From positions 20,956,001-21,020,000 of the forward strand of contig OZ024749.1 of the NCBI GenBank assembly GCA_964016885.1: a stretch of 64,000 nucleotides of DNA. Direction: 5' to 3'. The first letter of the stretch is position 1. Each line of letters starts with the position of its first letter. The notes under the pieces were generated by a model. It was given only the letters and a program-made list of their open reading frames with translations, was not told where the DNA came from and made no database searches. Below are positions 13,409 to 25,330 of the stretch, in pieces. The translations under genes and the position numbers were made by a program. The DNA is from Eledone cirrhosa. Lineage: Eukaryota.

Positions 13409-15223
13409 CTAAATAACAAAAGAAGGTAAAACTGTTATCCCAAAGTTCAAGCTTGCTAAATGTCTTCTTGTCAGACAATCAGTTTAATGCCTACAGGATA
13501 ATAATGATAATAATAATAGTAAAACACACACACAAACAAAAATAACACTGGTCTGTTGCAATCTTTGACTGGCAGTAAATTCCAAGAAATCCTATGTTAA
13601 GTAAGATATTGCCCCTCCCTAGCATCTGGCAATGGCAAGCAAGAGAAATCAGCCACCACCACTATGCCTCATTATATAATTTTGTATGTACGTGTGTGTA
13701 TATACACACATACATACGCAAATGTGTATATATACATATATCAAACAAAGTGAACTTTTATTGCATCATAAAACAAACCAAGCTGACCTAATTTTGATTT
13801 TCTTTTAAAATAGACAGATCCGTGGCATTACAAAAATTACCAAAAATATCCCAAACCCTGGATTTCAACTACTACTATTACCACTACCACCACTAATACA
13901 ACAACTACAATAATACTGCATGTGTTAGCACAAGTCAGAAAAGCTAAGACACAGAAAATGGCATGATATCAAAAATAGATTTTTAGAGTTCAAATCTTTG
14001 GTATCATCATCATCAGTATTGTTTTTACATCCTCACCCTTTGCTTGAGATGGGGAGAAACAACATTTTTGAGGCAGAATCATATGCCTGAATGCCCTTCT
14101 TGGGGTCAACGTACACTTGGAGTCATGTAGCACTGCATATCAAACCACGGGGCCATGGGGGTTCCTGTTAATCTAAAATAACTAACACAGATACATATAT
14201 CATATATACTTGAATATAAGACCAAAAATATTGATGGTAAAATGAAGGGGTTGGCTTATATCTACCATTTAAATAGTATAATAGATTAGCTGCCTCGGTT
14301 TTGATTTTTGTCAATTATATTTGAGTATGTATGGTAATTTATACAATGGGCATCCACAAGACACCTGGTCAGACCAATGGCATATTTCAAAGACATTTGC
14401 CCAAGGTACCATGCGGTGGAATAGAACCAAAACCTACATGGTTAGAAAGTAATCTGCTTAACCCTTTAGTATTCACATTACTCTATATTTACTGTTATAT
14501 TTTCATGCTAATGGCTTTAACTCACATAATATCGAGTCTACGAGATTTTGATATTTATTTTGAGAATACCTTAACATCAGTACGAGTGGCCGGTTATAAC
14601 AGAAAGAGTTGAGAGAATTCTGGCTGGTTTTTTAAATGCTAAATGGTTAACTACCACACAGCCATGCCTGTATATAAATACAAACACCTCTAAAGATATA
14701 GCCTATACCACTTTACAGCTCACAGTTACCACCATTTATAATTCCACAGGCACACACATTTCCCCTTGGCACAAGTTGTGCCTCAGCAGTTTAGATTCAA
14801 TTACCCTACACCTGGACATACATTGAGAGGCAAAACTGTCTGGATTAAGAGGTATCATAATACAGTAAAAATATAATGGTTTCAGATTTAGACACAAGAC
14901 CAACAATTTTGAGTTGAGGGAAGTCAATTAAATCGACCCCAGTGCATTACTGATACTTTATTTTATCGACCTCAGAAGGATGATAGGTAATATAAAATAT
15001 CAGTTACATAATACAAGATATGTAATGCACATAGCCCCGCCCCCTCTCCCAGGTCAAACATAGAGGGTTACATCTAAATCAACCTATGACCGGTTTATTG
15101 GAACCTGTGCATCTCTCTCACTCTCGGGAGAGAGAATGAGGCAAACCGTAACAAAAACAATTTTTTTAGTCCGTTCCCTTGCATCCAAGATTGTCTCAGA
15201 AACGTAACCTTTTATTCAATTTT

Positions 15224-15296
15224 GCTGTCTGAAGTAATCACAATAATTGTTAAATAATCAAGTGACCATGATTGTCATTGAAATATGTATCACAGC
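15224..15296 (+). ncRNA. diverged type I hammerhead motif, same family as 9163-9236
   Basis: GCTGT-CTGAAGT-[AATCACAATAAT..ATGATTGTCATT]-GAAA-TATGTA-TC/ACAGC, then AATAAA. Flanks align by eye with the 9.2-kb copy. A9 is changed to U. Confidence 0.7.
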
Positions 15297-15854
15297 TGTA
15301 ATAAAGGACTCTTTAATATCCACAACTTCACATTTTCCTCATTCTAATCATACTTAGTCATTCTTATTTTGAAGAAGTAACATGACATTAAGTGCTTGAA
15401 TTGAATGGCTTCAATGTTTACCGTATGTATGTGTGATATATATATAAAAGGGGCCAAGAGGATTGTTCAGTAATTTGAAACAAAGATATGACAGCTTCCC
15501 TGGTTCCATGATCAAATGCACCCTGCACATAGCAAGATCGTATCTTGTAACTGTGAGGTCAGTAACCCTAAGCACTGACAGTCCACCAAGATCTGTTCAA
15601 ACCTTGTTAGAGAAAACGGATGGATGTTAAATGATGATGATGATGATATACAGTGTGTGCAAGGAGACAGATAGAAAGAGATACAGAATGACCGAAAGAG
15701 AGAGAGGGTCAAAGATAGAAGTAGAGAGAGAACACACAAGTTTCTCTAATGCAGATTAATTAAAAAGCAGCACATACAGAAACAATGACAAAAAGTTTTA
15801 AAGAAATATTGCAGCCAAACAGCTTAGGGTCAATACACCACCACATTAACAATA

Positions 15855-16063
15855 TTACATATACCACCACCACAGCTAACACTACTACATATACCACCAC
15901 CACAGCTAACACTACTACATATACCACCACTACAGCTAACACTACTACATATACCACCACCACAGCTAACACTACTACATATACCACCACTACAGCTAAC
16001 ACTACTACATACACCACCACCACAGCTAACATTACTACATATACTGCCACTACAGCTAACACT
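15855..16063. repeat. 30-bp minisatellite, ~7 copies
   Basis: Unit ACCACCACCACAGCTAACACTACTACATAT; explains the T-rich and V-rich ORFs. Confidence 0.95.
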
Positions 16064-16649
16064 AAACACACACACACTAAACAGTTAATGGACATTATAT
16101 TATCAGTACAGGAGTGACATATTGTAATGTAGAATGGTGGTAAACACATGGCAACGCCTAGCAACAGACATCAGGCACACATATACACACTAGCCACAAA
16201 TGCACATATACACAACCATAAACACCCATGCACATACCCCAACCACAATCACATGTATATACACCAACCACAATCATACACAAACCTTACAAAACATTCC
16301 AGAATTTATCATTACAATACATAGTCAATGTATCTATACACCCACACTACGTGTCACCAACTCTCTCTCTCTCTATATATATATATATATTATACACACA
16401 ACAAATTTATCAGCACGCTACAGTCAATGTATCTACACGCACACTTCAAACTTTTACAGTACACTACTTTGTCAATGTACATGTGCGTGTGTGTATATAT
16501 ATGTATGTATTATATATATATGCATATATACACACACATTTGCAAGTGAGAGTTGAAAGACTACTTAGCTTATACAATTTACCTGGGATGAGAACAATGT
16601 ATAAGTACACACACAGACAAGTCTATACACATGGCATACATGTGTATAT

Positions 16650-16692
<43 letters not shown>

Positions 16693-18303
16693 GAAAGAGA
16701 GCAATAGACAAACAATCTATAAACAGAACACACCCATGCTAGTTAATGTAACACAATTGTTAAACCACAGGTTATTGGGTATAGTCAATACATTAAACTG
16801 TAGGGGCTAAGTGTGTGTGTGTGTATGGCTGGCTATGTGTCTATGGCAGGCTAAAGACTGGCACAATAAACATGTCACCAAGCTACATAAATGCAAGTGT
16901 GGACATGATCTCTGGCCAAATTTAATCTATAAAGGAGAGAGATGTGCAATACATATAAAAAAAAAATCCAAACTTGGTTAACACACCACACTGCATGCTC
17001 TTCCTTTCAAGCACATATCCCATAAAATTAATCCCACCCTGTCAGCTCTTCCTAAGTTAATCTTGCCCTCACTCACAAGCCAAACACCATCAGCTCTTCC
17101 AAAGTTAACTTTGCCCTCACAATAAGCCAACTCTGCTAGCTCTTCCCAAGTTAACCCCACCTTCACAACACCACAAACATGCCAGCTCTTCCTTTCACCA
17201 CAAAGCTACACTTGTCCCCACACTGTCAATTCCTACTTTCCAGCACACATCTTATAAAAGCTGAGAAGTGCCAGTCCTTGACACTTCAGTTAACCCAGTC
17301 CTCACACCACCAAGTTAATCCAGTCAACACCCACCACCCTATCTCTGCCATTAGTCCACCTACTTCCTGTACATAATGAAATTACATAAACAACAATTTA
17401 CTGGCTAGCTATAAACAGTACAAATAGCCAATTTCTTTTTATTTATTTCATATCACTGATGAAATACAGATGTAAATATTAAATATTTCTGAAAGTGGCT
17501 GAAGTATCCAATTCTGTAGTACACTTGGATCTTGATGACATTTGTACCAAACGATGTCATTAGGAATGCATTATTGTACTTCTGCTGTGTAAAGTGCTGC
17601 ATGGAGTTGCAGTTCTTTACGTTCTGAGTTCAAATCCCGCCAAGGTTAACTATGCCTTCATCCTCATGGGGTCGATAAGGTAAAGCACCAGTAAATACTG
17701 GGGTCAATTTAATCGACTTTCCCCTCCCCTTCAAATTGGTGGTCTTGTGTCTAAAGTTGAAACAGTTATTGTATTTCTAGAGCCATGTTTCTATACACAT
17801 GTATGTACAGCATGATGTGTGTGTGTTTTATATATCCATCTGCATTGTAGAGGCTTCCAAAAACAACCATTTTTAGTAATCCACAAGGCTTCGTGCAAAC
17901 TTCAACATTCATATCAACAGCTTTTAACGTTCATTTTCCACACTAGCATGGATAGGATGGGCTGTCCCTTTGTGAAAGATCTGGTCGGAAGACATCACTA
18001 TGATCACATCACATTACAAACTAATGCTATTGCAAATTTTCACAATGATCTGTCTACAAGTAAAGATACTATAAACATTTAAATTCAAACAGTTTTTTTA
18101 ATATTTTCTGCTAAATAAAACAAACTATTTACAGAAATATCTATAAAAAGCAATAAAGAAATGAATAGAAGAAAAAAAAAAGAAATTAACCTTTTAGCAT
18201 TTCCATTACTATATATTTACTATTATATTTTCACAGTAAACACCTTATCTCGCATATCAAATCTGACATTTTGCTGTTATTAAATTTGAGAACAATACCT
18301 TAA

Positions 18304-19536
18304 CCCTTTAGCATTCGCATTAATTTTCAAACGTCATGCTTATCTGTTCGCATTATTGGCAGTATCGGTAGAGGGTTGGACGCCATGCTTTGTCGCATAG
18401 AGTTACGGCCCTTTATGATCTGAGTTCAAATCCCGCCGAGGTTAACTTTGCCTTTCATCCTTATGGGGTCGATTAAATAAAGTACCAGTCACGCACTGGG
18501 GATCAATTTCATCGACTTTTCCCTCACCCCAAAATTGCTCGCCTTGTGCCTATATAAGAAACCATTATTTTCAGTTAATCATACTCAAGAGGGTTATCAA
18601 TTTCATTTGTTTGTAATTTTATTAATTTTCTATGTGCAGGCTTGAAATGTTGTCAGTAGATGTTTAAATATCAATAATTTACAATTATATAATTTCACCT
18701 GATTTTTTTTGGTTAAATTTGATTTTTATGGGCAGGTGAAATTAATTAATAGGGGCATTTGAAGCATCAACCAGGTGCAATAATGGTTTAATTTTAAATA
18801 CGTTGTTTTCGGCATAATACTTGATATATAAGGATCACTAAACCTTATATCAGTGCTCCAGTAATTCCAGTTTTGGAAATTGTTTTATACCGAACATAAT
18901 ATTTACGGTAAAAAATGCTTGCATTTCCGCAGCATCTGCCGGTCGCCAAACAGATCGGGTTTTCCTTGATTTGAAATCTGTTGTTGGGTATATCGATTAA
19001 TCTCTTTTGCCACAACTTCGAAGAAAGTTTGTGGTAAAAACAAAAAAGAAATAATCCAGTGCTTTAGCATCGGAAGCCAATGTGTGTTGTGGACCAGTAT
19101 TTTAAATAAAAATCGGGACTAGTGTGGTATTTTTTCAACCACGTTGCTGTAATATTTCCAATGGCACCCTGGAGACCTCCGTTTTCACTTTCAAAACAAC
19201 AATCATCCATCGCCGGACGAAATTTCAGAAATATAAACATCAGATTTATTTGAAGATAAATCACTAATATTATCGTTTGTTTCTTGTTTATTTTGAATGT
19301 TGTTGTGTGTAAAACCTTCAAAGTCGGTATCGCTACTTTCATAAGCCATGTTGATACAAAAAAAAAAAATTTGTTGCACTTTCAAAGTTAAAAAAGCACT
19401 CGTTTTTAGTTGTTCCACTATATTAAGTGTTAATTTTCGCGGTAAGTCTCAAATTGACGAGATTTTGATGATGGTTTATTATTTTTAGAACAATTTTTTA
19501 GTGTGGGTGTTTTCGGGCGATTTGAACACTAAAGGG
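18304..19536 (-). mobile_element. internally deleted piggyBac transposon
   Basis: TTAA|CCCTTTAGCATTC ... GAACACTAAAGGG|TTAA. Carries a transposase relic and a SINE B insertion (18358-18567). Confidence 0.88.
18801..19349 (-). pseudogene. piggyBac (PGBD-like) transposase N-terminal relic, frameshifted
   Basis: Manual translation across frameshifts: MAYESSDTDFEGF... ALDYFF/LFLPQTFFEVVAKEINRY... WRPADAAEMQAFFTVNIMFGIKQFPKLE/YWSTDIRFSDPYISSIMPK. This matches the piggyBac pattern F.LF..E.N.Y / W...EM..F....G....P...YWS.D...I...M. Confidence 0.88.
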
Positions 19537-20202
19537 TTAACATAAGTACGAGCAGCTGGTTACAGCCAGTTTGAACAGAAAGAGGTTGAGAGAATTCTAG
19601 CCGGATTCAGCCAGTTTAAATGCTAAAGGGTTAAACAATAAAGGGAAAGGGTGACAGAAAACACCCCAGTCCGAGTGGTATCTCAGCTGAGTCCTGCAGA
19701 CGTAATGGCAAAGACATTGCCAGCGACATCCACTCCATCTCACGGAGCTCCTCCCTTAGGCAGACGACCATTTCTCAGATTTTAATTAATCTTTACTGGA
19801 TGTTAAGAGTTAAAATTGCTATCTTGGAGGAACAGAGAGAGCTTGTTGTCAGCCAGAAGGACTGAGCCAAAGCATAGCAATGTGTAGCTGAATGTGGCCC
19901 ACAGCACAATATATATATATATATAAAAAGGAAGGAAGGGAATGGTGAAAAAACTATAGCAAAACAGGGACTGGTGTTCCATTTGCTACGCTGCACGAAT
20001 GCATGCCCGTGTGTGTATTTTTGTAAGTGTGTCTGTGTTTGCGCATTTATATTTAAATACATATATAAATCTATCTATATGCACATACACAAAATGGACA
20101 TGTGATGATGATGATGACACAAACATACACATATGCTTCAGCATGTTGAAAAAATATCCTAGTTAATGTAAAATGCTCCCAACAGCTAGTAATACCCTAA
20201 AC

Positions 20203-20556
20203 CAACGTTTCTCAGTGTTCCCTTGAACCCCTTGTTATAATAATAAAAATATAAAAGAAATAGATAATATATAATTGTTTCTACTTTTGGCACAAGGCCA
20301 GCAATTATCCCAGTGTATTACTGGTGCTTTATTTTATCGACCCCGTAAGGATGAAAAGCAGGCAATGTTAACCCCGGCGGGATTTGAACTCAGACCATAA
20401 AGGGCCGTAACTCTTTGCTGCAAAACATGGCGTCCGACCCTCTATCAATACTGCCAATCCACTGCCATAATAATAATCTTCATGCAGGGGTTCCCTGAAA
20501 TATGAAAATCATTTCAAGCGTTCTACACAAGGATAAAAAAAAGTTGAGAAAGGATG
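20203..20556. mobile_element. hAT-type MITE with SINE B insertion
   Basis: CAACGTTTCTCA ... TTGAGAAAGGATG termini; 8-bp TSD-like CCCTAAAC/CCCTAGAC. Confidence 0.6.
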
Positions 20557-23357
20557 CCCTAGACACTAACATCACCAATCCCTGACTAAACAGACTAGCC
20601 AGAAATATATGCCATGACCAGTAAGTAAACATACCAACAGCTTGACCTCTCATGACCATAGTTCAACCTAGGTGAAGGTCAAAGGCCACCTTAAAAACAA
20701 ACAAAATCCAGTTCTTTGCTACATGTGGCTGGTCAACAAGAGGGAGACAGTGAGAGGAGATTCATTCATTGACCATCCTCACAAACATTCTTTTCTTTTA
20801 TTGGTTCCAGTCATTTTACCAAGGCCATGCTGGAGCACTGCCATTAGGGAATTTAGACCACACTTCCTATTTTCAGTCAGCAAATAGTAAATCAGACATC
20901 AACATCATCTTCATGACCAGCCACTGTTGTTCAGAGAAAGTGGTTAGTCCAGTGCAAGGCCTTTCTTCACTTAATTTATAAATAGCTAATACCATTATAA
21001 TTATTTCTACTTTTGGCACAAGGCTAGCAATTATCTCAGTGTATTATATTCTATCGACCCCGTAAGGATGAAAGGCAAAGTTATTTGAACTCATACCGTA
21101 AAGGGCCGTAACTCTTTGCTGCAAAGCATGGCGTCAGACCCTCTACGAATCCACAATTATAATGAATTTTTCAATGTAACAACATTTTTTCCAATCCCCG
21201 AGGTATATAACAAACAAACGCTCGATTTGTTTCTGTTTATCTCTCTCGTTATAAAGAATGTTTTGTTACTACAACAAAATTCTTTTTTTATATCCCTTGA
21301 ATTACAGTGTGTGTATATATATATATATATATACATATTAGAAAGAGTCAGAGCTGAACAGTTGAGCTCTTCTTGTTTCAACAGCTAGTTCCAGACATAT
21401 ATAGGTTTCTAGTTTCTATTTTTCAACAAGGAATTAATCAACCTGAGGCTGCACTATTAGGGGCTTGCTCATGGTTGTCAAGCAAACTCCTTAACCACAC
21501 AGCCATGCCTGCACATATATACACACATTGCTTTTCAATCCACTTTTCCATACTGGCAAAAAATGAAATGTTTTATAGAGGTCAAGCTTTAGGTTTTATG
21601 AACCTCTTACAAATACACAGGGATACAGTGTACGTATTTTAAAAACCAAAGACATAGTATCCATATGCACACATATCTATACATGCCTTTATATAAAAAC
21701 TAGGATTTTTTTCAACACGCTGACACGTATGTGTATATGCATACATTTATATGTATGTGAATATAAATATAAACGCGAAAATACAGACACAAAAATATAT
21801 ACTAACAGACATTCACGCAAACACACATCATAGCAAATGGAACGCTAACAGCTGTTTTCCTAGTTTTTTTTCACTATTCCCTTCCCTTTACACATGCATT
21901 CACACAAACACATTGTATGACAGCCCATTGCTCAAATTACTCTCCTTGTCAAGTAGATACACAACAAAGCCATCCCCCCCTTCGCATGCTATCATGGGCT
22001 GGATGACATTTCCAGCCAATATTCTATATGACCAGATAACCTTCCCATCACAAACTCCTAACTTATATTTATAGGTAAGGTACTTATTAGAGTGATCTTC
22101 AACCACCATTAAATTGTGGAACACAGATAAACACGACCACTTGCCTAAACACTATTGAAAACACATGGAGCACACTTTGGGGAAACAAACACTGCCAAAG
22201 TAGTTAACTAAATCCTAAAAGTATGCACGACTGAACATTATACAAGGTTTACTGGTCACTGCTTCCACGCAAAAGATGTGATCGTTTCAGAGCTCTTGCT
22301 GGGGAAGATCTCTATCAGAAGGCTCAGATACCAGAATACCATAGCAAGAAACACTGGAATTGATAAGGAAGTCCTACAAACCTCAGTGGGTAAGAAGCAG
22401 ACTGTTGGCATGAAGTTGTGCTTGCTGTTTCACCTGATGGCTCTGGATAAAGATACCAAATTAGACAATACTTCCCCAAGGTACCATGTAGCAGGATAAA
22501 ATTTAAAGCCACATGCTTGCAGAACTCCACTGATTCAATACAAAGCAGTTCATTTTGAAGTGTTTATATTTATCTGAAAGTTGGACGCTAGGGAGAACTA
22601 CCAGCCATAGAAACTCCAAAATATGGAATGTATGAGCCAAGAGATCTCTCCAACCCTCTAGTTTCAGATTGTGACAGCCTGTCTAAACTCTTGCCAGCAT
22701 GAAACAGGTGTGTAAAATATAAAAAATTCCATGAAAAAACTTTGTTGCAAATACCAGCATTCAAACCGGCCAGAAATGTCTCACCTCTTTCTGTTCAAAC
22801 TGGCCTAACTGATGTTAAGGTATTGTTCTCAAAATAAATAACATCAAAATCTCTTAGATTCAATATTATGTGAGATGATTATAAAGATAAAAGTGTTTAC
22901 TACAAAAATACAATAGTATATATAGAGTAATGTGAATGCTAAAGGGTTAAAAATGGTTTCTGATTTAGGCACAAAGCCTAACTATATACCACGAAGCATG
23001 TCCAATTCTCTACTAACACGGCCAATCCACCACCCTTAAACACCAGCTTAAGTTATAGTACTAAATCCTTCAAAATTCCTAATTCTCTTCATAATTTACT
23101 TTCATTAGAAACATAAGTAATGAAGTAGCACAACTCACATACATACATATAGAAATGACTTCTACAGGACTATAACTGTTGTATTTATACCCTTTTTTAA
23201 TTGGTTACCCCTGGCAACTCTGGAACCTACATACACACACACACATACAAATATGTGTTACCCCTGACAACTCTGGAACCTACATAGACATATACAAATA
23301 TTACATATTTGTGTCAATCAGTGTGTAATTATATATATATATATATATGTAGTTATT

Positions 23358-23389
<32 letters not shown>

Positions 23390-23469
23390 GCTATTTGTGT
23401 TGTAGTGACACAGCAAGATGACTCAGCCACAGCTGTGTTAATGATTCAGAAAGTCCATCTATAGCTGAT

Positions 23470-25330
23470 GATATAATTTAATCACTATCTATTATCTATC
23501 TACCTATTGATATCTTGTTTTGTTCTATTTCCATTCTTCCATTATATCTCATAATTCAATCAGTATCTATATCTGATCCCTTCCTCTACACCTGATATAA
23601 TCTAAACACTCAATCTATCTATATATCAATACTCATCATTGTCTTGTGTATATATCAATACCCACCATTGTCTTGTGTATATATATCCATTCTATATCAA
23701 CCAAATGTCTCATCTTGTTATACATCCATTTTTCTATGCCTCATACAATTCATTCTCTAGATAGTATCAGCAATGGAAGCATCGTTTCCTCAGTCCGATT
23801 TGATGAGTTATGAGTTACACACCCCACTCGGTGAGTGAGGTCTGGAATCTTGTTGATTGATTCAATTTATAACTGACCCCTTCCTCTATTCCTGATAATT
23901 CAACCAGTCACTATCAATCTATCCCTATCAACACCCCGCCCCACCAATTGTCTTGTATATCCATTCCTCTCTGCCTGGTATCCTTCCTCTAAACCTGATA
24001 TAATTTAACTAATCTATCTACATACATACCTATCTATCTATCTATCAATAATCCCAACTATCTTGTATATCCATTCATCTATGCCTGATACTATTCAATC
24101 ACCATCTATATCATATCCATTCCTCTAAACCTAATATAACCCAACAAATCTATCTATCTATCTATCACGTCGAGAGACCTTCAGGCGCTCACAGCCCTCT
24201 ACCAAGCGGAGACTCCACTTCAACATTCTATAGGGGATTAGTGCGACGACATTCTCGGGGAAACTCTAGGCATGGAGGACGAACTGACCAGTCTGTACGG
24301 GAGGACTTTCCGTCCAGGGCCTATGGATAACCTCCAGAGGTCTCTGGCCTGGCAGTGCTACCGAGTTCGAGACAAAATCTACAGGCACGGACGCCCTGGC
24401 AAAGATCCTGCCAAAAGAACCCGTCCAAGATGTGAGCAGGACATCGAAACCATTCTGCACACAATTGTTCAGTGCCCAGGGGTGACCGACCTGTGGAATT
24501 ATGTCGAACAGCAACTGTCGTGTGGGACGCATCCAGTTGTCAGCCGAGTCCACATCATGAGGATCAACCCGCCGCCTTCATTTAAGAATGAAGGAAAGGC
24601 AGTTTTCCTGTCTGGTGGCTATGGCGAAAGAAGTAATATGGTGGACACGGTTAAAAGGGCTGAGGGCAAACACCTTTCTCTCCAGACAACAACTTATCCC
24701 CTTCTTTAAGTACCACTTCAGAAGGAAGGTGAGAGTGGAGAGAGGTGCTGCACTCCAGTAAATTCGCTGAAAGGTGGGTGAATGTGGCGAAAATGGCCCG
24801 AGTGAATGACCTTCTCTGTATATAAACCTGTAGGTTGAGGAAGACAATCAGAGGGAAGATGGGAACACCTACAAAACGTGTTCCTGGTGTTAAGGGTTGT
24901 TCTATCCACGGGGTGTAAAACAACCCTGCAGTAACGCCCCCCCCCCCCTATTGGGGATTTCAATTGTTATTTTATTATATATAGTTTGTTATTTATTAAT
25001 GTTAAAGTTATATGATTTTTATGTAAAACCCCCACCGTCACATCTTGTAATGTCCCATTTTTGTACGCCCCTGTGGCAAATAAAGAAAGATATCTATCAA
25101 TGCCCACCCCCAGTTGTCTTGTATATCAATTCCTCTATACCTGATGTAATCCAACCAGTCTATCTATCTATCTATCAATACCCCTTAACCATCTTGTATA
25201 TCCATTCATCTATGCCTGATATCCTTCCTCTACACCTGATATAATTCAACCAATCTATCAATACTTCGCAATTGTCTTCTATATCTGATACAATTCAATC
25301 TAGTCTATCAATATCCCATATGTTTTGTTC
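23470..25330. repeat. degenerate TATC-rich satellite interrupted by a LINE
   Basis: Recurring TTCCTCTA(T/A)ACCTGATATAAT..TCTATCTATCAATAC..TCTTGTATATCCA on both sides of 24168-25090. Confidence 0.75.
24168..25090 (+). mobile_element. 5'-truncated Tx1/L1-clade LINE (ORF2 C-terminal zinc-finger region plus 3'UTR)
   Basis: ORF 24272-24709 contains RSLAWQCYR...PRCEQDIETILHTIVQCPGVTDLW (zf-RVT-like); GC-rich island; ends AATAAAGAAAGA; TSD TATCTATCA (24159-24167 and 25091-25099). Confidence 0.82.

Larger units (their letters stand above)
18190..19630. mobile_element. piggyBac-type MITE split by a nested longer piggyBac element
   Basis: MITE left part 18190-18299 and right part 19541-19630 rejoin at an internal TTAA. 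Confidence 0.8.

Noticed and set aside
15760-16164. Mucin-like or Cys/Gly-rich protein ORFs
   Set aside because: Produced by the 30-bp minisatellite being open in several frames; no splice or homology support.
17450-17510. CTGATGA...GAAA hammerhead-like spacing
   Set aside because: No UH cleavage site after stem III and no stem I pairing.
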